This document shows positions 1 to 9,176 of a stretch of DNA of 55,178 bases, in pieces. The DNA comes from Deltaproteobacteria bacterium. GTDB taxonomy: Bacteria > Desulfobacterota > Desulfobaccia > Desulfobaccales > 0-14-0-80-60-11. Under the pieces are notes generated by a model. That model worked only from the letters and a program-made list of their open reading frames with translations. It was not told the DNA's origin and made no database searches. The stretch is taken from the NCBI GenBank assembly GCA_016874915.1, contig VGSW01000003.1:1-55178 (forward strand), given 5' to 3'. The number at the start of each line of letters is the position of its first letter. Position 1 is the first letter of the stretch. The translations under genes were made by a program, and so were the position numbers.

Positions 1-2
1 GT

Positions 3-1754
3 AAAGTCGGCGGCAAGCTTTTGGGGGTCAACCTGCTGTCCCTGGTGGCGGCCCTGGTGGGGCTGCTCCTGGTGATGCAATATCTGGCTACCAGGCAGAT
101 TCTGGAGTGGCACGGCGAACGGGTGGAACTGACGGCTCGCCTGGTGCTGGCGGAATACCTGGGCAAAATCCAGCGGGTGGCCCAGGCCGCCAGCCTGCTG
201 GCGGACAACCCCAGCTACGCCGAACTCCTGGCCGCGGGGGACGCCGACAGTCTGCGCCGCCTCGCCCTTCCCATGATGAAGGCCACCGGCCTCCATGTTC
301 TCACCATCACCGACCGAAAGGGAATAATCCTGGCCCGGGCCCACGACCCCGAAGCTATCGGGGTGAACATTTCCAGCAATCCCCTGGTGCGGGCGGCGCT
401 CAAGGGCAAAGACGCGGTGCGCATGACCCAATGGAAGGATTCCATCGTGCTCAGCGCCTCCACCCCCATTTTTTCCGAGGACAAGGTGGTGGGGGTGATC
501 CTCACCGGCCTCCTGGTGGACCGGGGCTTTGTGGAATCCCTGTCCCGGCCTGGGGCCGAAGTGGCCCTCTTCTTTGCCAACCGCCTAGTGGTCAATTCTT
601 TCAAGAATCTCACGGAAACCGCGTTGAACGAAATTCGGCGGAGCAAAGAGCTGGCCGCAGCCGGCTCCCCCCCGCCGACCCGGGTCCAGAGCCTGAAACT
701 GGGCGACCAGGACTATACCCTGTTCTACCTGCCCCTGGAGGAAGAAGACGTCAAGCCCTGGGAAAACCTCATCGTGGTGGGGGTGAACCGCAAGGAAATG
801 GACGCCACCCTGCGCGGCTTAAAACTGGTGATCTTCGGGGTGGGGGGCGCCGCGGCCTTCCTGGGGGCGATTCTCAGCTTCTCGCTCTCCCTGGGCATGC
901 GCCGCCAGATCTCTTCCCTGGCCGAGGGCACCCGGCAGGTGACCCAGGAGGCCGCCTTGGCAGGGGACATCCCGGTGACCTCCCGGGACGAACTGGGGGA
1001 GCTGGCCGAGTCCTTCAACGCCATGACCCGGGCCCTAAGGGAGAAAACCCGGCTCCTCCAGGAAGAGCGCGACCGGGTGGCGGCCAACGCCGATTTTCTC
1101 TCCATGATCGTCCATGACATCAAGGCGCCCTTGACCGGGGTGCGCCTCACCATCGAAGCCCTCCAGGATGAAACCCTGCCCCCGGAGATTCATCAGAAGC
1201 TCCAGGCCATCATCCGGCGCAGCGAGACCCTGCTGCTGCATCTGCACAACGTCCTCGATCTGAGCCGGCTGGAATCGGGACGCCTGGTCCTGAAGCCCGA
1301 GGCCGTGCCTCCCAGGTTCATCGTGCAGCGGACCCTGCACCACTTCAGCGCCCTGGCTCAGCAGCAGGGAGTGAACCTGACCGCCGACGCCGAATCCGAT
1401 CTCCCTCCCATTATGGTGGATGAGCCGTCCTTGGACCGGGTGCTGTCCAACCTCCTGGCCAACGCCCTGGCGGCCACGCCTGCGGGGGGTGAAATCCGGG
1501 TGGCGGCCCACTTACTGCCCCCCGGCGACGGCCAGGGGGTGGAAATCACCGTGGCGGACACCGGCTGCGGTCTCAACCCTGAGCTCAGGGAACATCTCTT
1601 TGAAAAATATCTCTTCAATCGGGAAAAGACGGGGAGCTCGGGCCTGGGCCTTTACATCTGCAAAACCCTGGTGGAGGCCAACCACGGCCGTATTTGGGTG
1701 GAAAGCGACCCGGGCCGGGGAACCATCTTCCACCTGGGTTTTCCGGTTGGGTAG
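3..1754 (+). CDS. Membrane sensor histidine kinase (Cache-like periplasmic domain, HAMP, HisKA, HATPase); 5' end probably outside the window
   Basis: Two TM segments, HAMP (SRDELGELAESFNAMT), H-box (IVHDIKAPL), N-box (NLLANAL), G boxes (DTGCG, GLGL). The frame is open from base 3. Confidence 0.9.
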   Translation, partial: KVGGKLLGVNLLSLVAALVGLLLVMQYLATRQILEWHGERVELTARLVLAEYLGKIQRVAQAASLLADNPSYAELLAAGDADSLRRLALPMMKATGLHVLTITDRKGIILARAHDPEAIGVNISSNPLVRAALKGKDAVRMTQWKDSIVLSASTPIFSEDKVVGVILTGLLVDRGFVESLSRPGAEVALFFANRLVVNSFKNLTETALNEIRRSKELAAAGSPPPTRVQSLKLGDQDYTLFYLPLEEEDVKPWENLIVVGVNRKEMDATLRGLKLVIFGVGGAAAFLGAILSFSLSLGMRRQISSLAEGTRQVTQEAALAGDIPVTSRDELGELAESFNAMTRALREKTRLLQEERDRVAANADFLSMIVHDIKAPLTGVRLTIEALQDETLPPEIHQKLQAIIRRSETLLLHLHNVLDLSRLESGRLVLKPEAVPPRFIVQRTLHHFSALAQQQGVNLTADAESDLPPIMVDEPSLDRVLSNLLANALAATPAGGEIRVAAHLLPPGDGQGVEITVADTGCGLNPELREHLFEKYLFNREKTGSSGLGLYICKTLVEANHGRIWVESDPGRGTIFHLGFPVG

Positions 1755-1784
1755 CTTTCAGCTATCAGCAGTCAGCGGTCAGCT
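1753..1784. repeat. Heptamer tandem repeat (CAGCnnT-type), with an inverted partner at 2099-2116
   Basis: agctttc-agctatc-agcagtc-agcggtc-agct versus agctgaa-agctgac-agct. Confidence 0.75.
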
Positions 1785-2127
1785 ATTTTTTATCTGCACG
1801 ATTCCCATGGGCTTTTTGGCTTACATCAAACGCTTTTTACTATACATAACGACTTAAATAATTGCACATCGTCAGATAACGGTGGGAAGGGGAAATAGAC
1901 CTATGTTCTCCAAAGATTGAGAAATTCCCTCCCCCGGCGAGGGGGGAGGATTAGGGTGGGGGTGGCGTCGTCTTGGCATTTAAAGGGATGGCAAGTTGCC
2001 ACCATCCCCCTCTCACCTCGCAGGGAGGGGGAGTTTGCCATTACGAGGCCTACTCTCCATTAGGTTAACGAAACAATAATTGACGCTACGTATAAAATAG
2101 CTGAAAGCTGACAGCTAAAATTAAGAA

Positions 2128-2499
2128 ATGAAGCCAAGCGTTCTGGTCATCGACGACGACCCCTTTACCCGGGAAGCCCTGGCGGCCATCCTGGTGCGGG
2201 CTGGCTACCAGGTGGACTCTCTGGCCGGCGCCGGTTGGGAAGGGGAGGCGGAATCCTTTTCCCAGCTTTATCAGGTGGCGGTGGTGGACTTTCACCTCCC
2301 CACCGTTAACGGCCTGGAGTTGGCCCGGCGCCTTAAAGCCTGCCAGCCGGAGTGCCGCATCATCATGATTTCCTCGGAACTTCCCCGGCTGCCGGAAAGC
2401 GCCGCTTCGGTGGTGGTGGACCGCTTTCTGGCCAAGCCCTTCTCCAAAGACGTTATCCTGGAGGCCATCGCCCTGCTTTGCCCCCCCCAGGCGCCTTGA
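2128..2499 (+). CDS. Single-domain response regulator (receiver)
   Basis: LVIDDD, phosphoacceptor VVDFHLP, NGLEL, IIMIS, FLAKPF. Confidence 0.9.
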   Translation: MKPSVLVIDDDPFTREALAAILVRAGYQVDSLAGAGWEGEAESFSQLYQVAVVDFHLPTVNGLELARRLKACQPECRIIMISSELPRLPESAASVVVDRFLAKPFSKDVILEAIALLCPPQAP

Positions 2500-3956
2500 T
2501 CCAACCCCTTCTGGACCCGGCCCGGGCCGCGGACTTGCTGTCCTGGGTCTTGGATTACGTCCGCCGGGAAGCGATGTTCGCCGCCGGTGACCGGGTTCTG
2601 GCCGCGGTATCCGGCGGGCCGGACTCCGTGGCCCTCCTCCATCTCCTATACCGTCTCCGGGCTGACCTGCAAATAGCCCTGGGAGTGGCCCATTTCGACC
2701 ATGGCCTCCGGGGGGAGGAGTCCCTGGAGGAGGGGCGGTTTGTGGCCGGCCTGGCCCGGAGCCTGGACTTGCCATACTTTTCGGGGCAGGGGCTGGTACG
2801 GGAAATGGCCCAACGGGAAAAGCTCTCTCTCCAGATGGCGGCCCGGCAGCTGCGCTTGGATTTTCTTAAAGAAACCTGCCGGAGCCAGGGATTTACTAAA
2901 CTGGCGTTGGGCCACACCGCGGACGACCAGGTGGAGCTCTTTTTCCTGCGCCTGCTCCGGGGCGCGGGGCCGGAAGGCCTGAAAGGCATGTGGCCCGCCA
3001 CTGCTGAGGGCCTGGTGCGCCCCTTGCTGGCCGTGGGCAAGGAAGCGGTGCGATTCTGGCTGGAGCAGGAAGGCCTCCCTTACCGAGAGGACCCCAGCAA
3101 CTTGAACCGCCGATTTCTCCGCAGCCGGGTGCGCCTGGACCTGGTGCCGGAGCTGGAGCGCTCTTACAACCCCCGCCTGAAAGAGGCGGTGTGGCGCACC
3201 CAGGCCCTGCTGCAGGAAGAGGAGCGCTTCCTGTCCCAAGAAACCGCGCGGCTCTTAAACGAGGTGGGCCGGGACCGGGGACCGGATTTCCATTCTTTAA
3301 ACCTGCCAGGCTTGTGGAAATTAGATGAGCTCTTCCAAAAAAGGCTGCTCCGGGAGGCCGTGGGGAAAATTTTGGGCGACCGGGCCTTGACCGCCGCCCA
3401 GGTGGAGAGCCTCCTGGACCTGGCCCGGGGGGAAAAAAGCGGCGGCGTCACCGCCCTGGGGGACTGCCGGGTGGCCCGGGCGGGTTCTGAGCTCCACGTG
3501 TTCCGGCGCCTGCCGCCTCCATCCGGCGTAATTACCCTGTTGCCGCCCTCCGGGGTGGTGGAGGCCCCTGACGGCTGGAGCTGGGAAATCCGGGAAGGCG
3601 CAGGCCGCCCGGAGGTTTCCCAAGCTCCACCCCCTAACGTGGCCTGGATTGACGGGGAAAAAGTCACCCCACCCTTGCAGGCCCGTTATTTCCGTCCAGG
3701 AGACCGTTTCTGGCCCGCCGGCGCGCTTGGCGCCAAAAAGCTTCAGGACTTCCTGGTGAACCAGAAAATTCCCCGATGGCTGCGGCTTTATGTCCCCTTA
3801 GTGGCCGACGCCCGCCAGATCCTCTGGGTGGCGGGCCTGCGGGTGGCCGAACCGGTTAAACCCACCCCGGCCAGCCGCCGCGTCCTACAACTCCAACTAT
3901 CTCCCCACACCCCCCCCACCCGGCGTCTTTGGGAAATGCTTTTGGCTTGCCGGTAG
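2496..3956 (+). CDS. tilS: tRNA(Ile)-lysidine synthetase
   Basis: PP-loop AVSGGPDS, HFDHGLR, LGHTADDQVE, EDPSN, C-terminal KKLQDFLVNQKIP. TTG start at 2496 overlaps the upstream TGA. Confidence 0.95.
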   Translation: MIQPLLDPARAADLLSWVLDYVRREAMFAAGDRVLAAVSGGPDSVALLHLLYRLRADLQIALGVAHFDHGLRGEESLEEGRFVAGLARSLDLPYFSGQGLVREMAQREKLSLQMAARQLRLDFLKETCRSQGFTKLALGHTADDQVELFFLRLLRGAGPEGLKGMWPATAEGLVRPLLAVGKEAVRFWLEQEGLPYREDPSNLNRRFLRSRVRLDLVPELERSYNPRLKEAVWRTQALLQEEERFLSQETARLLNEVGRDRGPDFHSLNLPGLWKLDELFQKRLLREAVGKILGDRALTAAQVESLLDLARGEKSGGVTALGDCRVARAGSELHVFRRLPPPSGVITLLPPSGVVEAPDGWSWEIREGAGRPEVSQAPPPNVAWIDGEKVTPPLQARYFRPGDRFWPAGALGAKKLQDFLVNQKIPRWLRLYVPLVADARQILWVAGLRVAEPVKPTPASRRVLQLQLSPHTPPTRRLWEMLLACR

Positions 3957-4098
3957 GGCAGAATTTGAGGGGAGGGCCGGGGGACACTTTAGTTGTCAGT
4001 TGCCAGTTCCCAGTTCCTAGTAAAAAGATGTCAGTATGAGCCCCAGCTTGCTGCCCACTAATAAATCCCTCCCCTCAAACTCCCCTACCCGCCCCCTG

Positions 4099-4155
4099 GT
4101 AGGGGCGTGATTTATCACGCCCGCTGGAGTCGGGCGCAATAAATTGCGCCCATAC
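4099..4155. repeat. REP/REPIN-like pair of palindromes (GTAG family)
   Basis: GTAG-GGGCGTGATTTATCACGCCC followed by the inverted GGGCGCAATAAATTGCGCCC-ATAC. Confidence 0.7.
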
Positions 4156-4334
4156 ATGGGATTGGGGATGGGGGTTTGGGGGAAGGGGCAAGGGCGGGCG
4201 CCCTTGGCCCCTTCCCCCAAATAAACCGGGCCGGGATGGGGGTTGCCCATTCCGGCCCGGTGGTGGCGGCCTCGAACGGAGGTAAGCCCGGGGCCGTTTA
4301 TTTGGTATGGGAGATTTGCTGGCAGTTTATCGTC

Positions 4335-4658
4335 TTACTTCTTGTCCTCCTTGGGCTTTTCCGGGGTGGTTACCGGCTTCTTGTCGTCCTTTTTAGACTT
4401 CTTGGAGTCCTTCTTGTCGGTCTTCTTGGACTTGTCCTGGTCTCCGGGTTTTACCTCGGTTTTGCCCTTGACATCCGCGGGTTTGGTTTCTTCCTTGGTC
4501 ACCGGTTTGACTTCCTTGGAAGCCTGAGGCTGGGCCCCGGGGGTTTCCATCTTTACTTCCGGTTTGCCGGTTTCTTTGGTGGCGGTTTGAGCCATTCCCG
4601 GGCCGGCCAGACTCAGGGCAAAGGCAATGGCAGTCAAAGTGATGATAAATTTTTTCAT
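4335..4658 (-). CDS. Small exported Lys/Glu-rich low-complexity protein
   Basis: Signal peptide MKKFIITLTAIAFALSLAGPGMA, AAGGAG RBS, disordered K/E/D/P-rich mature part. Confidence 0.85.
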   Translation of the reverse strand: MKKFIITLTAIAFALSLAGPGMAQTATKETGKPEVKMETPGAQPQASKEVKPVTKEETKPADVKGKTEVKPGDQDKSKKTDKKDSKKSKKDDKKPVTTPEKPKEDKK

Positions 4659-4717
4659 GGTGTTTCGTTTCTCCTTGATTAGGTCATGGTCGCCAAGGGC
4701 GACTTAATCTCCTTATA

Positions 4718-4734
4718 TGCATATGTCTTGCCAG
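4718..4734 (-). promoter_or_regulatory. Sigma54 (-24/-12) promoter
   Basis: The minus strand reads CTGGCAAGACATATGCA (GG-N10-GC), about 60 bp upstream of the 4658 start. Confidence 0.7.
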
Positions 4735-4963
4735 ATTCAAAATGGTCGGAAAAAATTATAAGTGCCATGAAATATTAGATAAATACAAACAATAATCTTC
4801 TTCCGGGATTTTCGGTCACCTCCCTGAAAACGGGAAAATCTCAATTTGAGAGAGAGGATTTATAGGGGCTTTTTCCTTATCAAATTGAGAATGGGCCGCC
4901 GTGGCCGGCGGCCCATTCAAGATAAATCCGGGGCTCAGGGAAGGCTGAAAAGAAAAGTTTTTC

Positions 4964-6139
4964 TTATTGAGAATTTCGCTGATTCAAATAGATCTTCAAT
5001 CTTCGCAGGGCTTCCTCAATATTTTCCAGGGAGTTGGCGTAAGAAAACCTGAGGAACCCTTCGCCGCCGGGGCCGAAGTCGATGCCCGGAGTCACCCCCA
5101 CCCCGGCCTTTTCCAAAATGTCGAAGGCCAGGCCGTAGGAGTCCAGGGACAGGTGCCGGGCATTGACGAACACGTAAAACGCGCCGGTGGGGGGGAAGGG
5201 GATGCGGAAGCCCAGCTCCTGCAAGCCTTCCAACAAAAACCGGCGCCGTTTATTATAAACGGCCCGCATCTTCTCCACCTCCGGGCCGGCCTGGGTCAGC
5301 GCCGCGATCCCGGCCCGCTGCACGAAGGGGTTGGCGGAGATGAAGAAGTTCTGCATGAGCTTCTGGAGGGGCCGGACGAAGTCCAGGGGCGCGATGAGGT
5401 ATCCCAGGCGCCAGCCGGTCATGGCGTAGAGCTTGGAAAAACCGTTGATGACAAAGGCCCGGTCGGTGAACCCCAGGATGGAGTGCTCTTTGCCCTCATA
5501 GACCAGGCCATGGTAAATCTCGTCAGAGACGATGTACGGGCCCAACTCCGCCAACTTCGCCAGCCGCGAGGCCGGTAGCAAAGTGCCCGTGGGGTTGGCC
5601 GGCGAATTGATGATAATGGCCTTGGTGCGCCCGTGGATGTATGGCCCCAACTCCTCGGGGCGGAACTGGAAGCCGTCTTCTTCGGATACCGGGACATAGC
5701 GGGGGTGGGCGTCCACCAGCTTGATGAAGTTGGGATAACAGGCGTAGTGGGGGTCGGTGAGGAGGACCTCATCTCCGGGGTTGAGCAGCCCGGCGAAAAT
5801 CAGGATCATGGCCGGGGAGGTGCCGGAGGTGACGATGAACTGCTCCGGCTTTACCCAGGCGCCGTACTTCTCCAAATAGTGCTGGCTTAAGTGCTCCCGC
5901 AACTCCAGCAGTCCCTGGGAGTGGGTGTACGAGGTTTCCCCCGCGGTCATGGCCCGGATGGCCGCGTCTTTCACCGCCTGGGGGGTGTCGAAGTCCGGCT
6001 CCCCGATCTCCAGGTGGATGATGGACTCCCCTTGCCTTTCCAATTCCTGGGCCCGCTCCAGGATGTCCATGACCAGGAAGGGAGTGATTTCCTGGGCCCG
6101 ACGGGAGATGGCAGTATTAAAGCTCTCCTTTGATTTCAT
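4964..6139 (-). CDS. PLP-dependent class I/II aminotransferase (aspartate aminotransferase-like)
   Basis: IGEPDFDTP, NSPANPTG, SDEIY, FSKLYAMTGWRLG. Confidence 0.93.
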   Translation of the reverse strand: MKSKESFNTAISRRAQEITPFLVMDILERAQELERQGESIIHLEIGEPDFDTPQAVKDAAIRAMTAGETSYTHSQGLLELREHLSQHYLEKYGAWVKPEQFIVTSGTSPAMILIFAGLLNPGDEVLLTDPHYACYPNFIKLVDAHPRYVPVSEEDGFQFRPEELGPYIHGRTKAIIINSPANPTGTLLPASRLAKLAELGPYIVSDEIYHGLVYEGKEHSILGFTDRAFVINGFSKLYAMTGWRLGYLIAPLDFVRPLQKLMQNFFISANPFVQRAGIAALTQAGPEVEKMRAVYNKRRRFLLEGLQELGFRIPFPPTGAFYVFVNARHLSLDSYGLAFDILEKAGVGVTPGIDFGPGGEGFLRFSYANSLENIEEALRRLKIYLNQRNSQ

Positions 6140-6401
6140 AAATCCGTAAAATACCAGGAGGTTAGGCGGAAAGCAAGAATTATTAAGATGTTCAAAGCCT
6201 TAAACTTTTTCTTGAAAACTCGAGAGAGAGTTTCAGCTAATAATTGAAACCAGAGGTAACCATGAAAAAATTTACCTGGATTAATGCCCCCATTAAATAA
6301 TGGGCGTAAAAACCTGAATAAAACTCTTAACCTTTTTCTAGAACCTCACCCTTAACGCGTTCACTGTAATCTATTTCTCCCTTGCAGATGGCCGCCGGCC
6401 A

Positions 6402-6431
6402 TTGACAAGCGCCCACTTCCCCTGATATATT
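6402..6431 (+). promoter_or_regulatory. Sigma70-type promoter of the tRNA
   Basis: TTGACA (6402-6407) and extended -10 TGaTATATT ending at 6431, 10 bp before the tRNA. Confidence 0.65.
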
Positions 6432-6441
6432 TTAACGTTGT

Positions 6442-6518
6442 CGGGACGTGGCGCAGCCTGGTAGCGCACCTGAATGGGGTTCAGGGGGTCGGAGGTTCAA
6501 ATCCTCTCGTCCCGACCA
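6442..6518 (+). tRNA. tRNA-Pro (GGG)
   Basis: Acceptor stem CGGGACG/CGTCCCG plus ACCA, D-arm GCGCAGCCTGGTAGCGC, anticodon stem CCTGA/TCAGG with loop ATGGGGT, T-loop GGTTCAAATCC. Confidence 0.97.
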
Positions 6519-6540
6519 GGAATTAGTCAGGTATTACAAG

Positions 6541-6574
6541 AGGTTGGCAGACGTGAGGCTGTCAGCCTTTTTTT
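6541..6574 (+). terminator. Intrinsic terminator after the tRNA
   Basis: AGGTTGGCAG...CTGTCAGCCT hairpin followed by a T run. Confidence 0.7.
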
Positions 6575-6713
6575 GGTGGAGATTTTCGTGGTTTTTGCGC
6601 CCCTGGCCTTTGGACAAATGGTCTGAGTCGCATTATTCAATATATAATTAATGCCAGGCGGGTTCCCCGACTGAAAAACTGAGAACCGGCTTTATAAAGG
6701 AGGCTCAACTTAC

Positions 6714-7085
6714 ATGCACGAGTACGGTTTGGTGCAAGAGGTGGTGTTGCTGCTGCTCAAAAAGCTTCAAGAAGGGGTGTGCCCGGAAGCCGGGAATATG
6801 GAAGTGGTCTTAAGAGTGGGGGGATTCGCGGTGCATTCCGTCGCGGCTACCCGGCAGGCTTACGAGGTGCTCACCAAAGACACTCCCCTGGAGTCCTCCA
6901 GGTTGACCCTGACCATCTCGCCGGTGACCTTGAACTGCCCCGGCTGCGGCTACCAAGAGACCCTGGGGGATGATCAGGTGGATCCCCACGACCCCCTGCC
7001 CCTGGCGGAATGCCCCCGGTGCGGCCAGGTGGGCCCGGTCCATGGAGGCCGGGGGGTGGAATCTTTGGAACTGGTATGTGATTAA
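6714..7085 (+). CDS. hypA: Hydrogenase/urease nickel metallochaperone HypA
   Basis: N-terminal MHE, two CxxC (CPGC, CPRC), C-terminal GGRG-V-SLEL, AGGAGG RBS. Confidence 0.85.
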   Translation: MHEYGLVQEVVLLLLKKLQEGVCPEAGNMEVVLRVGGFAVHSVAATRQAYEVLTKDTPLESSRLTLTISPVTLNCPGCGYQETLGDDQVDPHDPLPLAECPRCGQVGPVHGGRGVESLELVCD

Positions 7086-7126
7086 ACAGAGTTTTTGGAG
7101 CCTGCTTCGAAAAGTCGTTGTTTGGG

Positions 7127-7182
7127 AGGGGACCAAGGGCGCCCGCCCTTGCCCCCTCCTCCAAACCCTCTCCCCCAATCCC
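7127..7182. repeat. GC-rich intergenic repeat, inverted copy of 4159-4217; related purine/pyrimidine-tract elements at about 1925-2035, 3960-4090, 7246-7308 and 49525-49562
   Basis: ccaagggcgcccgcccttgcccc(c/t)tcc..caaaccc..tcccccaatccc occurs in opposite orientations at 7.1 kb and 4.2 kb. Confidence 0.7.
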
Positions 7183-7490
7183 TAAAGGGAGATAATCAGG
7201 CTGAGGAAGTCGGGGCCTGCGCCCCGACTTCCTCAGCCTCCTTAAAGGGTTGGGAGGGGGGCTTGGGGGGAGGGCAGGGAGCGTTGCTCCCTGGCCCTCC
7301 TCCCAAAATATCTCTTCAAGAAGCCTCCAACTTCTTCAGACGCCCGGATCGAGGCCGCCTCTCCTTGACTGGCCCTCCCCGGTGATTATCCTTAACCCAA
7401 CATGCAAGAACCAAACGCGCCCGCCGAAAACTGAAAACTCACCCCCCGATCTTTTCTTACCCCTCCCAGGCGGGTTAACAGGAGAAAACC

Positions 7491-9089
7491 ATGTTCCAGG
7501 AAACCGTGGTGGCCCGGGTCACCGACCTGAAAGACGGCGAGATGAAAGAGGTGGAGGTGGACGGCGCCAAGGTGCTGCTGGTGCGCTTGAAGGGACGATT
7601 TTTTGCCATCGGCGGGGAGTGCAGCCACTACGGCGGGCCGTTGGCGGAAGGCGCGCTTTCCGGCTCCCGGGTGGTCTGTCCCTGGCATCAGGCCACCTTC
7701 AACGTTCAAACCGGAGAAGTGCTGGAGCCGCCGGCCCTGGATGACCTGGCCCGTTTTGAAGTCAGGGTGGAAGGGGACCAGGTCATCGTCCGGACGCCGG
7801 ACACCGGAGCGGGGCCTCATCCTCCCCAAATGTGCCGGTGCGATAGCCGGGCCGATGGACGGACCCTGGTTATCCTGGGCGCGGGCGCGGCGGGCAACGT
7901 TGCGGCCCAAACCCTGCGGCAGGACGACTTCAAAGGCAAGGTGGTCATGATTACCCAGGAGATGCGCCTGCCTTACGACCGTCCCAATTTGAGCAAGGGC
8001 TACCTGGCCGGGCTGGCGCCCCCCGACTCCCTGCCCCTCCGGTCGGAAGATTTTTTCCGCCAGATTGAGGTGGAGGTGCTTCTGGGGCGCCGGGTGGTAC
8101 AGGTGAATCACGGTTCCCGGGAGATTATTTTCCATGACGGGGCGCGGTTGAATTATGATGGGCTGCTCCTGGCCACCGGGAGCATCCCCCGCCGCCTGGC
8201 GGCCCCGGGGGCGGACCTGGAAAACGTCTTCACCCTGCGCAGCGCCGATGACGCCGACGCCATCATGGCTGCCGCGCCGGCCGGCGCCCAGGCCGTGGTG
8301 GTGGGAGGATCCTTTATCGGCATGGAAGTGGCCGCCAGCCTTACCAAAAGGGGCCTTCAGGTTGCCGTGACCGCGCCTGGGGCCACCCCCTTCGCCCGGA
8401 CCCTGGGGCCGGAAATCGGCGGCGTCTTTCAAAAACTCCATGAAGAAAACGGCGTAGCTTTTCATCTGGGGGCGCGGGTGGACAAACTGGAGGGCCGGGG
8501 TCGGGTGGAGCAGGTGCACCTGAGCACCGGCGTGACCCTGCCCGCGGACCTGGTGGTGGTGGGCATCGAGGTGCGGCCCGCCACCGATTTCCTCAAAGGA
8601 GTGGACGTGAACGCCGACGGCAGCGTCTCCGTGGATGAATGCCTCAAGGTGGCGGAAGGTCTCTACGCCGCGGGAGACATCGCCCGGTTTCCCGACTGGC
8701 GCACCGGGGAAGCCATGCGCATCGAACACTGGCGTCTGGCCCAGCAGCACGGCCGGGTGGCCGCCCATAACATGGCGGGAAAGCCCGTGGCCTTCCGGGG
8801 CGTGCCCTTTTTCTGGACAGAGCACTTCGACCTGAATCTTCAGTACGTGGGTTTCGCCGCGGCCTGGGATGACCTGATCATTCACGGCGATCTGGCGGCC
8901 CGGAATTTTCTGGCCTTTTACGTGCGAGAGGGCCGGGTGCTGGCCGCGGCCGGCATCAACCAGGACCGGAAGCTGGCGGCCATTGCTGAGCTCATGCGCC
9001 AGGAGGCCCTGCCCCGGCTGGAGGAATTGGCCGCGGGGCCTCTGGATTTTTCAGAGCTTTTAGGGAGATTGCCCCAACTCGAAGCTTAA
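7491..9089 (+). CDS. Rieske [2Fe-2S] plus FAD/NAD(P)H oxidoreductase (AIF-like / ferredoxin reductase fusion)
   Basis: CSHYG...CPWH Rieske motif, GAGAAG, YDRPNLSK, LATGS, GGSFIGME, AAGD, VPFFW. Confidence 0.92.
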   Translation: MFQETVVARVTDLKDGEMKEVEVDGAKVLLVRLKGRFFAIGGECSHYGGPLAEGALSGSRVVCPWHQATFNVQTGEVLEPPALDDLARFEVRVEGDQVIVRTPDTGAGPHPPQMCRCDSRADGRTLVILGAGAAGNVAAQTLRQDDFKGKVVMITQEMRLPYDRPNLSKGYLAGLAPPDSLPLRSEDFFRQIEVEVLLGRRVVQVNHGSREIIFHDGARLNYDGLLLATGSIPRRLAAPGADLENVFTLRSADDADAIMAAAPAGAQAVVVGGSFIGMEVAASLTKRGLQVAVTAPGATPFARTLGPEIGGVFQKLHEENGVAFHLGARVDKLEGRGRVEQVHLSTGVTLPADLVVVGIEVRPATDFLKGVDVNADGSVSVDECLKVAEGLYAAGDIARFPDWRTGEAMRIEHWRLAQQHGRVAAHNMAGKPVAFRGVPFFWTEHFDLNLQYVGFAAAWDDLIIHGDLAARNFLAFYVREGRVLAAAGINQDRKLAAIAELMRQEALPRLEELAAGPLDFSELLGRLPQLEA

Positions 9090-9140
9090 TCTATTTTCCC
9101 CAAACAATTCCGGCTTTTCCTGAGCTGAATTTGCTCCCTG

Positions 9141-9176
9141 AGGGGGGAGGACCTGTGGTTCTTCCCCCTTTGGTTT
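9141..9176 (+). terminator. Intrinsic terminator
   Basis: AGGGGGGAGGACC-TGT-GGTTCTTCCCCCT hairpin with a T-rich tail. Confidence 0.6.

Noticed and set aside
2352-2495. N-terminal extension of the tilS ORF
   Set aside because: Overlaps the response regulator; the TTG at 2496 is the more plausible start.
6442-6518. tRNA-Pro as an integration site for downstream DNA
   Set aside because: No integrase, and I saw no duplicated tRNA 3' end in the window.
6448-6651. 67-aa ORF
   Set aside because: It is a translation of the tRNA-Pro gene and its terminator.
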